Below are positions 29,063 through 39,391 of a stretch of 64,000 nucleotides of DNA, piece after piece. The DNA is from a virus. The notes beneath the pieces were generated by a model. The model made no database searches. It saw only the letters and a list, made by a program, of their open reading frames with translations, and was not told the origin of the DNA. Location: IMG/VR virus record IMGVR_UViG_3300037483_001046; one strand, 5' to 3'. A program made the translations under genes and the position numbers. Every line of letters starts with the position of its first letter. Position 1 is the first letter of the stretch.

Positions 29063-29302
29063 ATGGCAACCATCGGTCTCAATGATTTTGTAAAGCGCCA
29101 GACCAGGGAAAGCGAGTTTACCCATTTCAATGGAACGTGGGAAGAGCTTGTTGATCTTGTGTCCAAAACCTTCAAGGCTGACGCTATCAAGCCGGGATAC
29201 GGCGTTTGCCTTGTTTCGGTTCCGCCTGAAGGCTTTTTCTGCGGCATTGTAACCCTTAAAGAGGGAGATAAGCTCGTGGGAGAGTACAAGGCGCACCGAT
29301 GA
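29063..29302 (+). CDS. short hypothetical, possibly a truncated DUF3228-like N-terminus
   Basis: Promoter TTGACA-N17-TACATT at 29028-29056 (near-leaderless); family resemblance is from memory only. Confidence 0.45.
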   Translation: MATIGLNDFVKRQTRESEFTHFNGTWEELVDLVSKTFKADAIKPGYGVCLVSVPPEGFFCGIVTLKEGDKLVGEYKAHR

Positions 29303-30217
29303 AGAGCGGATGGAGCAGCGTCGGAAGAATAGCGCCGCCATTCGGTGGGAACATGAACCGAATGAGAGTGAGTCGCACGAAGATATTCATGATATCATCG
29401 CGCAACGCGCTCAAAAGGCTGGAGAGAAGGCTCTCAAGAAAGCCAAGGATGCGGTCGCCCGCTTTCAAGAAGGCCAGCGAGACGCAGAGGAAGATTAATG
29501 AGAGCGATTCATTTTCAAAGATTTGATGGAACAATCGGGGGAGCCGAATTTGTTAAGAATATGCCAGGAAGTCGAACGGCCATTAAGGTTGGTCCAACGC
29601 ACATGCAAGTTGATAATGATAGAATCGTGAAAAAGATTCTTAATGCATGTTATCGTTGTTATGGACTTAACAAGGTTTTCGCGCCCAATGGAAAGGCATC
29701 AAGTTATCCAAATACAACGGATTATTACGATTGTCGAGCTTGTTGTCATAGAAGGAAAGTCTAAAAATGATTGTCAATATTACATTCAAAACTCCTGATG
29801 CTGTATATTATGCCTTAAAGGATGATGAGATTCCGGAAGACGAAAAGGAAGATCTTGAAGAATTCTTGGGTGAATACATCAAAAATGGAGAATATATCAC
29901 CATTGAATTTGATACCGAAACGAAGACTGCAACTGTGCGCAAACTATAATAATGTGCAACGAACTAAGCCATGAAACCTGATTCATTTGAAAATGAAGAG
30001 CAAGAACTCGCCATTTTTCTTCATAAGGAGCTTTGTCATTACAATCATGCAGATGGATGTTCCTGGGAATATGAGAAAGATCGTAAAACCCCTTGGTGCG
30101 GTCTATATTTCGCTCATAATGAATATCTTGGAATGGCAAGGAGAATGCTAGAAGTTTCTGATTTTGATACGATCAAAAAGATTATTCAAGCAAGGCGACC
30201 AAAGAAAGAGAATTAGC

Positions 30218-30670
30218 ATGCCAACTTTCAATACAGAATATGAGCCAGAATATGTGAAGCCAGGGCGGAAGATCTATGTCATTGTTAATGACACAAAATA
30301 CGATGATAAGCCGCATGCATTCATCGATGAAGATGAAGCGATGGAAGTCGATTATATTGCACGCCTTTCTGATAAAACGGTTGAAAAATATAATCTAACC
30401 AGCACAACGGCATGGTGGTATTTCCAAGATTTGCCCAACGAAAATATCGTTGGATACGAAAAGGAAACGCCTGAAAATCCGTGGGGATTCAAAAAGCTCC
30501 CCCGAGAAGTTCTTGATGATGCGGAGATTATCAATCAATTCATTTGGACAAAAAAACACCAATATGGGCATGCCGAACCATTAGGAGATATTCTGTTTCT
30601 TTCTAAGGAAGAAGCAGAAAAAGGTCTCAAAGAATATTACAGCTGGATATGGAAATGGAAATGGCCATGA
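30218..30670 (+). CDS. hypothetical protein whose C-terminus (WIWKWKWP) comes from an out-of-frame Gly-repeat element
   Basis: Last codons overlap the GGATATGGAAATGGAAATGG repeat. Confidence 0.65.
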   Translation: MPTFNTEYEPEYVKPGRKIYVIVNDTKYDDKPHAFIDEDEAMEVDYIARLSDKTVEKYNLTSTTAWWYFQDLPNENIVGYEKETPENPWGFKKLPREVLDDAEIINQFIWTKKHQYGHAEPLGDILFLSKEEAEKGLKEYYSWIWKWKWP

Positions 30671-30713
30671 TGGATATCAAAAACAGAGAACTTATAAGGT
30701 AATCGAATTGTGA
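30642..30713 (+). repeat. Gly-X element, orphan 3' half
   Basis: Reads AGYGNGNGHDGYQKQRTYKVIEL-stop; no MKIWLSD 5' end. Confidence 0.85.
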
Positions 30714-31240
30714 AACTAAGAAAATTACTAGAGAACAAAACAGTTGAACAGGTTAGGAGGTTTATTATTCAATCTCCAAATTTCAAGTATCTGGGGGCTG
30801 GTTGTTCGCGTGTTGCGTATCTAACTCAATTCAAGGGTTGGGATCCAACCGTTTTAAAGATTCCCCAATCAGATCCAGATGGTCCGCATCGCGCTCAAGT
30901 TCAGACAAAAAATGAGATTGAAGCATATGAAAACTGGGCTCATTTGAAAATCTTGCCTAAAGTTTATGATTGGGATGATGAAAATTTCCTTTGGATTGAA
31001 ATGGAATATCTGCGCCCAATTACAGATGATCATGCCTTCTTCAAAAAGTCAGGCTTGCCTCCAAAGTTTTTTCATTTTCCTTGTAAAATCTTAAAAGAGA
31101 ATAAAAAGAAAAATATTGTTGCAAGAGACATTTACGAGATTTGTTACAAACATGGTCGTTCAATCAATGAATATACTCGTTCAAATCATTGGGGACTTGA
31201 CCCCAATGGCAAACTAAAAGTCCTAGACTTTGGACTTTAA
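30710..31240 (+). CDS. protein-kinase-like protein
   Basis: LGAGCSRVAY, VLKIP, KNEIE, IEMEYL, NHWG, KVLDFGL. Confidence 0.65.
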   Translation: MKLRKLLENKTVEQVRRFIIQSPNFKYLGAGCSRVAYLTQFKGWDPTVLKIPQSDPDGPHRAQVQTKNEIEAYENWAHLKILPKVYDWDDENFLWIEMEYLRPITDDHAFFKKSGLPPKFFHFPCKILKENKKKNIVARDIYEICYKHGRSINEYTRSNHWGLDPNGKLKVLDFGL

Positions 31241-31261
31241 AAAAGAAAGAGAAGAAATAAA

Positions 31262-31726
31262 ATGGCAACACGAGGTTTGGTAACGGTAAAAACTAAGAAT
31301 CGTCAGGTAAGCGTCTTCACTCCGAATGATTCGGCGCCCAGTTCCATGGGAACATTTTTGGTTGCTTGGATAAAGCACAACCTTCTTACTCCAAAGTCAG
31401 GAAAGATCAGCAAGCGCGCTGTGTGCCAAATGACCCAAAACTTGGATAAGGTGGAGTTTGTCCAGGAGCTTCCCATGTCAGCTTATGAGTGCGATACATT
31501 TATTGCTGATCTTTTTGAGGGAAATCTCACGAAGATGGTGGACGAGAGCGAATTTGCTGGTCACTGGTTCTGTCACAACCACTACGTGGTGGATTTTGAC
31601 CTTGGACTGCTCATTCATACAGGGGACACCGGCATCTTCACGTGCCCAATCCAAAAAAATAAGCTCGATCTGATTGAGGCAAACATGGACGAATTTCGTT
31701 GGAAAAACGGGTACTTGGGGAGTTAA
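31262..31726 (+). CDS. hypothetical protein
   Basis: 154 aa ORF. Confidence 0.65.
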   Translation: MATRGLVTVKTKNRQVSVFTPNDSAPSSMGTFLVAWIKHNLLTPKSGKISKRAVCQMTQNLDKVEFVQELPMSAYECDTFIADLFEGNLTKMVDESEFAGHWFCHNHYVVDFDLGLLIHTGDTGIFTCPIQKNKLDLIEANMDEFRWKNGYLGS

Positions 31727-31858
31727 AAGGTTGCTTAAAGAAAGATGCGCAAAAAATGCGCAAAAAATAAATAGACTTAGGTGCTTGACAATTCTTTTGG
31801 CTAATCTTAAAGTGGTATACACACCGGCCGATAAAAGGCCAGAAAGAAAGAAAAACAG

Positions 31859-32320
31859 ATGCTAGACACTAAGGTAATCGATGCTCAGGTTGAGAAGACC
31901 GCTCAGACGGTCGTTTTGGACGCTGTTCGTGCTCAGGCGCGCAGCATTACTCTTTCGGATTTGCTGAAGCTTTCGGAGAGTCACCCGTTTTTGGCGGGCA
32001 TGACTGTTTCGGAGCTTGGCTCGGGCGCAAAGCGTGGTCCGGGTCGGCCGAAGGCAAATGGAAAGGTGAGCAAGGAAAGCAAGGGAAAGGTTGTTGCGTC
32101 GGACGTAGATACCCGAGACAAGGAAGGCCGGGATCAATACCGTCGAATGGTGCTCCAGATTGTGCAGCGCAATCCTGGCATTAGCGCTCAGGGTGTGCGT
32201 GAGAAGGCCGGTGGCACGGAGTTGCAGGCGCGAACCGCTCTCAACTACTTTGTCAAGGAAGGCTCCATTACCTTTGAGGGGGCAACGCGAAACCGTGTTT
32301 ACTCCCCGAAGGCATCCTAG
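31859..32320 (+). CDS. putative DNA-binding protein (AT-hook-like GRP motif + C-terminal winged helix)
   Basis: KRGPGRPKA; NPGISAQGVREKAG...RTALNYFVKEGSI..EG.TRNRVY; promoter 31785-31813; terminator about 32345-32375. Confidence 0.6.
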   Translation: MLDTKVIDAQVEKTAQTVVLDAVRAQARSITLSDLLKLSESHPFLAGMTVSELGSGAKRGPGRPKANGKVSKESKGKVVASDVDTRDKEGRDQYRRMVLQIVQRNPGISAQGVREKAGGTELQARTALNYFVKEGSITFEGATRNRVYSPKAS

Positions 32321-32441
32321 AACCAAAACCTCAACCTCATAACCCCACCGTCAGCTTTTGGCGGTGGGCTTTTTAATTGGAAGCTTGTTGGGCTAAAAAT
32401 TAGACCATAATCATTAATTTCATATGATATAATAAATTCAT

Positions 32442-32963
32442 ATGAGACATATAATTGAAAACTTTCTTACGCCCGAGGAATGCGCCTCTTTAATTGATCG
32501 CGCAGAATCTGCGGGAATGGAACCCGCAACCATAACAACGCCATCCGGCGCAAAGCTTGATAAAAGCTATCGAAATAATGATAGACTAATATTTGATGAT
32601 GAAGAACTTGCCTCCAAGCTTTGGGCCAAAATTCAAAATCATGTTGTAATTTCTGACGAAACGTGGAAACCATCTGGATTGAACGAAAGATTCAAAATCT
32701 ATCGATATTGTCCTGGCCAGAATTTTGCAATGCATACGGATGCTTCTTTTATTCGCAATGATAATGAAAGAAGTTTCCAGACTCTTATTGTCTATTTAAA
32801 TGAAGAATACGAAGGAGGTGAAACCGAATTCTTTGGGCTTGAAACCGTAAAGCCAAAGACCGGAATGGCCACGTTATTCTTGCATCATCTTATGCATGAG
32901 GGATTGCCTGTTGAAAGCGGCGTGAAGTACGCTTTGAGGACAGATGTGATGTATGAAAGGTGA
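32442..32963 (+). CDS. 2OG-Fe(II) oxygenase (prolyl 4-hydroxylase-like)
   Basis: HTD, YLNEEYEGGET, HEG.PV..GVKY.LRTD. Confidence 0.9.
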   Translation: MRHIIENFLTPEECASLIDRAESAGMEPATITTPSGAKLDKSYRNNDRLIFDDEELASKLWAKIQNHVVISDETWKPSGLNERFKIYRYCPGQNFAMHTDASFIRNDNERSFQTLIVYLNEEYEGGETEFFGLETVKPKTGMATLFLHHLMHEGLPVESGVKYALRTDVMYER

Positions 32964-33342
32964 TAAACTACTTTGGAAAGATGATCCATATTCTCAAGAA
33001 ATTGAGGGAGAAAAACTAAAGTCCTTAATAAATGTTATGACAAAATATGATCACAAAAATTTGATCATAAAATATGATGATCAAGGACTTTTCTTATATG
33101 AAAAATCTCTTGAAATTTTGGCGGTCATTGACCATCCGACTCATGCGCCTCTGTGGCCGGACAATAAAGTGGTCGTGATTTATAACAAGCTCAACGGCAC
33201 CAAGAATGTTTTTGTATTCACTCAGGATCTTGAGCTTGTCGCATGCCCGAAGGTGTGGGAAGGCAATGATAAAGTTATTGAGTTCGTTCAGGAGGCTTTG
33301 AGTCCTTGACATGAACCCTTGGGGTGCTTACATTGAAGGTGG

Positions 33343-33412
33343 AGCTGGTTGTGGGTTGAGGATTGAGGCCGAATGCACTGTGCGTACGGTAAACCCACAA
33401 TCAGCTTTTTTT
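33343..33412 (+). ncRNA. structured 5' leader / small RNA candidate
   Basis: 15-bp stem AGCTGGTTGTGGGTT/AACCCACAATCAGCT enclosing an inner hairpin, then T-run; promoter 33306-33334. Confidence 0.5.
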
Positions 33413-33432
33413 CAAAGCGAAAGGAACATATT

Positions 33433-34242
33433 ATGGATATTCTAAAGACATTGGAGCATGGAAATCAGGATTGGTTTTCCATGAGCGATCTTGTCAAGGC
33501 GACGGACGGCAATGCGAACGAAATTCGTCCAATCCTTAAGGATCTTATCTCTGAAGGAATGGTCATTAAGATTGGGGAGAAGCGTTCAACGCGCTATGCA
33601 ATCTTTGGAACCGAAGAGCCTGAAGATAAGATTGAAGATTTTACTCAGGCTATCCGCAATATCATGCTGGAGCATAAGGGCAAGATCGATCGTCAAACCC
33701 TTTGCAAGAAATTGGACACCTATGATTTGAAGATGAAGCCATCTTTGATGGAGATGGTCGAGTCTGGGGAAGTTCGCGATAATGGGAAAAAGCGTGGGCA
33801 ATTGTTTTGGCTGGCGCAGCATGAGGATGCTGGCTTGATTGAGAATGATCCCGAGCCGGAGCCCAAGGAAGTCTCTCGAAAGTTCAAGCTTCCGAATGAT
33901 TCCGATGGAGAAGCTTCGCTCATGGAAGAGCTGAATGACCCCATTGAATTGGTAAAGCATGGCTTGTCTCTAATTCCTGATGGAGAAGAATTTCTTGTTA
34001 TGGAGTTGTGTCAATTGATTCACAAATCTCATAACAATCATTGCATTAACCAGTTCCAGGTTATTGAAGCTTTGAGAAGGATTTATCGAAAAAAACTTAT
34101 TCCTCGTCTTCATGTCGTTCGTCGGTATGGAGATCTTGATGGTTGGAGGTATTACTACTGTATTGGAGGGATCCCTGAACAGTTTTCTGGGGAATTGATG
34201 GGAAGGCCAAAGCCGAAGGCGATTATTGGAAACAAGAAGTGA
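33433..34242 (+). CDS. protein with tandem winged-helix-like domains
   Basis: Two repeats: L...ISEG.V.KIGEKRSTRY and L.EMVESG.V...GKKRGQLF. Confidence 0.55.
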   Translation: MDILKTLEHGNQDWFSMSDLVKATDGNANEIRPILKDLISEGMVIKIGEKRSTRYAIFGTEEPEDKIEDFTQAIRNIMLEHKGKIDRQTLCKKLDTYDLKMKPSLMEMVESGEVRDNGKKRGQLFWLAQHEDAGLIENDPEPEPKEVSRKFKLPNDSDGEASLMEELNDPIELVKHGLSLIPDGEEFLVMELCQLIHKSHNNHCINQFQVIEALRRIYRKKLIPRLHVVRRYGDLDGWRYYYCIGGIPEQFSGELMGRPKPKAIIGNKK

Positions 34243-34637
34243 TGATTTACAAGCAAAGTTGTGCATACGAGATGGAAATTCTCCATCGTGCCTTGGGTGC
34301 GGAGACGAGGTTGAAGATTGGGATATGGTTTGCAATTCGTTGGATTGCATCATGGATTATCCTGATTCCAAAGTGTCGGAAAATGACCAATGAAGATTAA
34401 GACCGAGATTTACCGAGAAATGACGGACGGGACCGAAATGGAAATCACCGTTGAGGCCGATTATTGTCGAGAGCAGCCATCTTATTTTGATAAGGTATTC
34501 GGGAATTATCTCCCCGGAGATCCTGAGCAATTTGAGATTTGTGATGCTTATGATAAAAATGGAAATCCCGTTGAGCTAACAAAAAAAGAAGAAGAGCAAG
34601 TTTGGAATAACATTCCAGAGGATGAGGATGTGTAATC

Positions 34638-35099
34638 ATGAAATACATTGAAAGAAAAATTATGGTAACGCCTGAGCTTTTGGAAAAGTGGGCCAAAGAA
34701 TGTGATGAAATCGCAGATTCTTATGAGCTTCGCGCTCATGGCGCTAAAGACAAAAAAGACAAAGAAATGAAGGAATGTTATTCTTCCGATGCTGAGGATG
34801 CCAAAGTGGTGGCTCAATTACTTCGAGAGGGGAACCTTCAAGGCGCAATTTCGCAAGTTTTTTATCTTGATACCGCTCCGCGAGAGGACTATGATTGGTA
34901 TTATTCTATCTCAGAAACTTCTCTTCATTTGCTTTTGGGTGATAAGGCCTTTAAGTCAGAATATGTATATCTTCTGGAAGAGGGACCATCTTATGATGAT
35001 TTGGTTGAGGCGCTTAAAGAAATTATGCCTCAATTTTTGAAAACAAAAAAGAAGCTCCGCGCAAAAACCATGAAAACTTGGAAAAAGGTGAAAGCATGA
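34638..35099 (+). CDS. hypothetical protein
   Basis: 153 aa ORF with GAGGA RBS. Confidence 0.65.
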   Translation: MKYIERKIMVTPELLEKWAKECDEIADSYELRAHGAKDKKDKEMKECYSSDAEDAKVVAQLLREGNLQGAISQVFYLDTAPREDYDWYYSISETSLHLLLGDKAFKSEYVYLLEEGPSYDDLVEALKEIMPQFLKTKKKLRAKTMKTWKKVKA

Positions 35100-35291
35100 A
35101 GCCGCACATTTGTTTGAATGGAGAAGAGTCAACCGAATATTCCTGGTGGGAGTACGACGCCCAAAACATCCCCTTGTGCCGTGTTTGCGACACGTGCCGA
35201 GAGAAGAAGTTGAGCACCTTTAGGCCGGAGATCCTAACGGGATATACGCAGGCCGATGTAGATGAACCCATTGAACCAGAGGACTAATTTT

Positions 35292-35552
35292 ATGAAGATT
35301 TGGCTTAGCGATTATGGACCCACAATGGGCGCTGGCTCTGGCCTTGGCTATAGCAAATGCAACGGCTCTGGAAATGGAAATGGCGATGGCAATGGCGCTG
35401 GATTTGGCATTGGCTCTGGCATTGGCATTGGCAATGGCAATGGCTATGGCTCTGGCTTTGGAGCTGGCGATGGCGCTGGTGATGGCGCTGGCCGCGGCCA
35501 TGATGGATCGAAAGGTCAAAAGAGAAGAACTTATAAGGTAATCGAGATATAA
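35292..35552 (+). CDS. Gly-X repeat micro-protein, copy 1
   Basis: MKIWLSDYGPT-(GX)n-QKRRTYKVIEI. Confidence 0.7.
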   Translation: MKIWLSDYGPTMGAGSGLGYSKCNGSGNGNGDGNGAGFGIGSGIGIGNGNGYGSGFGAGDGAGDGAGRGHDGSKGQKRRTYKVIEI

Positions 35553-35627
35553 AAGTGGTTGACAACCCTTCCTTGAACATGGTAATCTGAACATGGTAAT
35601 GACCCGAAGCAGAATAGGATAAGGAAA

Positions 35628-35933
35628 ATGATCAAAAACGAAAATCTTATTGGAAAACCGATTGCGATTCGACATCACTACTCTGGGGTGTGGATGGGGA
35701 TCTTTCTGGGAGAAGGTCTTTTGCCGCACATTATTTTGATTGAAGGTCGAAGGGTGTGGTCTTGGTCAGGAGATCGACTGGAATTCTCCGAGCTTTGCGC
35801 AAAGGGGGTCCGAAAAGAAGATCGGTTGGGCATGTGGACTAAACAACATATTCCGGTTGGGCCCGGAGATGGGTTGGTTGAGCTAACTTTTGACATTTCA
35901 CAAAAAACGATCGACAAAGCACGAAAACTGTGA
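35628..35933 (+). CDS. small beta-rich protein (recalled as DUF6948-like; possibly Sm/SH3-like)
   Basis: LIGKPIAIRHHYSGVWMG...LIEGRRVWSW; promoter 35559-35588. Confidence 0.55.
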   Translation: MIKNENLIGKPIAIRHHYSGVWMGIFLGEGLLPHIILIEGRRVWSWSGDRLEFSELCAKGVRKEDRLGMWTKQHIPVGPGDGLVELTFDISQKTIDKARKL

Positions 35934-36313
35934 AGATTTGGATTAGCGATGATTATGGGCATGGGCCCACAAAGGGCCAGGGCATTGGATTTGGAAATGG
36001 CTTTGGAGATGGAAAGGGCTTTGGCTATGGTTTTAGCAATGGCAGCGGCTATGGATATGGCTCTGGATATGGAAATGGAAATGGCTCTGGATATGGTTAT
36101 GGCAATGGCCATGGTGATGGAAACGGCTTGGGTTTTGGCTGTGGCAGCGGCTATGGCTCTGGCAATGGCTATGGCGATGGCAATGGCAATGGCAATGGCT
36201 ATGGCTTTGGCCATGGCAATGGCTATGGCTTTGGCCATGGCAATGGCTATGGCTCTGGCCATGATGGAGAATCACGTCAAAAGAGAAGAACTTATAAGGT
36301 AATCGAAATATGA
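35930..36313 (+). CDS. Gly-X repeat micro-protein, copy 2
   Basis: MKIWISDDYG-(GX)n-QKRRTYKVIEI; overlaps both neighbours. Confidence 0.7.
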   Translation: MKIWISDDYGHGPTKGQGIGFGNGFGDGKGFGYGFSNGSGYGYGSGYGNGNGSGYGYGNGHGDGNGLGFGCGSGYGSGNGYGDGNGNGNGYGFGHGNGYGFGHGNGYGSGHDGESRQKRRTYKVIEI

Positions 36314-37110
36314 CTTTAAATCTCCCCGAGAACCATCCTGTCTTTCAAGACTTTCAACGATGTAATCCGTCGCAAAGAGGAAAGATCATTCAAGCTGTTA
36401 ATTTTTTACAAAATCGAATTGTGGGACCAGCCCTTGAAGGCTATCCATCCCCAAATGTTGCAGCTTTAATGATTTTGGGTGTCGGACCTCATGAACAAGC
36501 CCCATTTTTGACACGTGCCGAGGCTCATGAATGGTCGTCGCAGTCAGAATATGAGGATCCTATTCTTTGGTTGTTGAGACAATTTTCTGATCGAGGAACG
36601 ACTGAATATATTGAGGTGGTGAGGTGGTTGCAAGGGATTGTGTCGGACCCAGAACGTTTGGTATGCGCTGAGCGTTGTGATCTTGGATTTAAAGATCAAA
36701 TTGGGGGTTCAATTTTTGATCGATTAGATGAAATTTTGCCAGAAGATTTGACCGCTTCACCGCGAGAAACGCTTCAGCGATCGATCACCCGTCGTGCCAA
36801 GGAAATGTGGGATGGACCAGACGAACTTTGTAAACGACAGCCTTGGATGGATCAATTAGATGATGATGTTCGGGTTCTTACTCGATTTAGTGAGCTTTTT
36901 AATGAAGGCAATCGAATGCGTCATTGCATTGCGGATTATGCGAAAAATGTTTGCAACGGATCTTCCATTGTAATTTCAATTCGAGGGACATCTACGGCAG
37001 AATATAAACATGGAAAACTTAACCAAATTGTTGGATTTGCCAATTCAAAACCTCCTGAGAAAGATTTGTCTATAGCGAAAAAGATTGAAAGAAGTATTAG
37101 GCACAGATGA
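36310..37110 (+). CDS. PcfJ-like domain protein
   Basis: C-terminal L....EL..EG..M.HCI..Y......G.S.VISIR. Confidence 0.6.
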   Translation: MTLNLPENHPVFQDFQRCNPSQRGKIIQAVNFLQNRIVGPALEGYPSPNVAALMILGVGPHEQAPFLTRAEAHEWSSQSEYEDPILWLLRQFSDRGTTEYIEVVRWLQGIVSDPERLVCAERCDLGFKDQIGGSIFDRLDEILPEDLTASPRETLQRSITRRAKEMWDGPDELCKRQPWMDQLDDDVRVLTRFSELFNEGNRMRHCIADYAKNVCNGSSIVISIRGTSTAEYKHGKLNQIVGFANSKPPEKDLSIAKKIERSIRHR

Positions 37111-37295
37111 TGAAGATTTGGCTAAGCGATTATGGGCCCACAAATGGCGCTGGCCTTGGATATGGCAGTGGATATGGAAATGGAAATGGCTCTGGATATG
37201 GAAATGGATATGGAAATGGAAATGGAAATGGAAATGGCTTTGGATCAGGCGATGGACGACAAAAGCAAAGAACTTATAAGGTAATTGAAATATGA
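37107..37295 (+). CDS. Gly-X repeat micro-protein, copy 3
   Basis: MMKIWLSDYGPT-(GX)n-QKQRTYKVIEI. Confidence 0.7.
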   Translation: MMKIWLSDYGPTNGAGLGYGSGYGNGNGSGYGNGYGNGNGNGNGFGSGDGRQKQRTYKVIEI

Positions 37296-38083
37296 TGGAC
37301 GTTTTGCGCAACGAATAAGGAAGATTTGAGGGTTGACATCGATCTCTTAGGTCTTACATTGAAGAGCGGGGACATGCTGACACGACCAGACATCGAGAGG
37401 TACGCCCGGGAGATTTGGGAGGAGGCATTCGCCGCCGACGAATGGCGCGTACTCGAAGTGACAAAGACTCTGTTAGGGTCCGAGGTGTTCGTGTGGTCCG
37501 TTTTGACTGTGAGGCAGCTTCGGACCCTAACACGGGCGCTGTTGCCCACAGCGCTTGAATCCCGCGGTTAGTCTCAACAGTTCATGAAAACCCTCAACCA
37601 AAAAGTTTACTCAGGTTCGGGCTCAGGTTCGTTGAAGGTGGGAGAAACGCTTTTATGGACGAGCTAATCCAGAGCAGGCAAAACGCATTTTTGTACTTTC
37701 GTGATGAAAAGGCTCGATTTTGGGCTGAAAATACAGTTGACGAAGAGGGGAGAAATTTTGTAGAATGGTTCGTCCCAAATATGGTAGACGGCGTAAACTA
37801 TTTGGTTTTTCACCCAGACGATGATAGCAGTCCAGGCAACATCCCTGATGGCTTTGAAGGCCATGTATTTCAATTTCCTATGACAGACGAAATGCGCGAA
37901 AGCGAAGCGAAAACGGTAAACTAATGGATAAAACGAAAGCGGAGCGAGTCCTCGTACGTGTCGACCACGTTGGCGATTTTGAATATCCTCGGAATTGCTT
38001 TGGGTTGCATTGTTGCAGGGACATTATCTCTAAATCAAGCCATGGCCGATTTTTACTTCAAAAGCAAAGATTGAGACATTTTC

Positions 38084-38380
38084 ATGCACAAGACGACGCT
38101 AACGATTATTTGTTTACTTATGTCCGGTTGTTTCAATTTCACCGGACAGAATAAAGAGGCCGCAGAGAACAATGCTCGTTCTTTTGCAAAAGAGTTGGGC
38201 ATGGATCTTAAGGGTCTTTCATGCAATAAGCATGATACGGATGGAGACGGTTATGTCTCTTGCACTTTTAGCTTTGATAATGGATCTGTAAAAACGTTTG
38301 AGTGCGCTGGCGTAAACCTAATTCAAAATAACGAAGGTTGCCGCGAGCCAAAAATCAAAATCCAAAATACCAAAAAATGA
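38084..38380 (+). CDS. small lipoprotein
   Basis: Lipobox LMSGC; DTDGDGYVSC with four further Cys. Confidence 0.65.
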   Translation: MHKTTLTIICLLMSGCFNFTGQNKEAAENNARSFAKELGMDLKGLSCNKHDTDGDGYVSCTFSFDNGSVKTFECAGVNLIQNNEGCREPKIKIQNTKK

Positions 38381-38953
38381 GGAAAACAATGAAGCATTTT
38401 TACCTGAAGAGACCTGAGTATATCACCCGTTTTGGGAGTGGAACCACCGTTCAATATAAGCCATTTGGTTGCGTTGCAATGACAAAAGAGAATGATGAAG
38501 TTGTTGCATCTTTTTCTCTTTGTAGCCCTTCCGATCAATGGAGCAAACATATCGCCAGAACTATGGCTCGTGGGCGTCTCAATAAGCGTATCAATGGAAT
38601 TGAAAGAGCGCACGCGATTACCGTAAACCCAGGCGATCGCATTGAGAACGTAATTAACGACTATTTCAAAGAAGGACTAAACATTCAAAGGCTTTATGAT
38701 TTTAAAAATGCAGATTTGGTAGAGCTTAATCGGTTTTTTCAATCTCGTATTTCGGATTGCCTAGAAAATGCATAATCATGGAAAAAAGAATAAAAGAAAT
38801 CCGCATCACGGTTGCGGCCGTGTATGATAATGGAGACGTTGTTGAAAAGATTTTTATTCCAAAAGACGATGAAGAACCTGAAGATGCCGTGATCCGTTTT
38901 GATCAATGGATTGAGGATAATAGCGCTTTTGAATTTGAAGATTAAGAAAAATC

Positions 38954-39391
38954 ATGGATATTGACGAAAAGTTGAAAAGTCTAGTAACCAGATGGCCAAA
39001 TTCCCTAATCATTCCATCGGAAGAAGACTTTATGCACGATTCGTGGATGAATCAAGCAATAACGGGGAATCTTGATTATCGATCTCGCAAAAAGGTCATT
39101 AATTCTTGTGGGACGCAATGCTGTTTGGTAGGTTGGAGCGCTCTGGCTTTTGGAGAAAAGGGAGTTCTTCCCGACGATATTAAAAATGGAGCAACAATTA
39201 AGTTTTTGCTAAAATTCTGCGAGTTTGCAGGACATCAATTTGATGAAAAAACTTTTGATCAGTTTCTTCCAATGGATAAGACGGAAAATATTGTTTTGAA
39301 AATTGCCGAACATGCTTCCGATGTTTTCGAGGGGACAGTTCGCTTTGGCCTTGGCGACTCTCAAAAATTGACCCCCCAGAAAAGCTCATGA
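38954..39391 (+). CDS. hypothetical protein, CC-motif family (similar to 62408)
   Basis: CGTQCCLVGW vs KGETCCMIGW. Confidence 0.6.
   Translation: MDIDEKLKSLVTRWPNSLIIPSEEDFMHDSWMNQAITGNLDYRSRKKVINSCGTQCCLVGWSALAFGEKGVLPDDIKNGATIKFLLKFCEFAGHQFDEKTFDQFLPMDKTENIVLKIAEHASDVFEGTVRFGLGDSQKLTPQKSS

Noticed and set aside
35678-36262. Ala/Ile-rich minus-strand ORF and the MAMA/WKWK/HFHF frame ORFs over the Gly repeats
   Set aside because: Shadows of a stop-free 6-nt periodic repeat; only the Gly frame keeps both conserved termini (exception noted at 39803).
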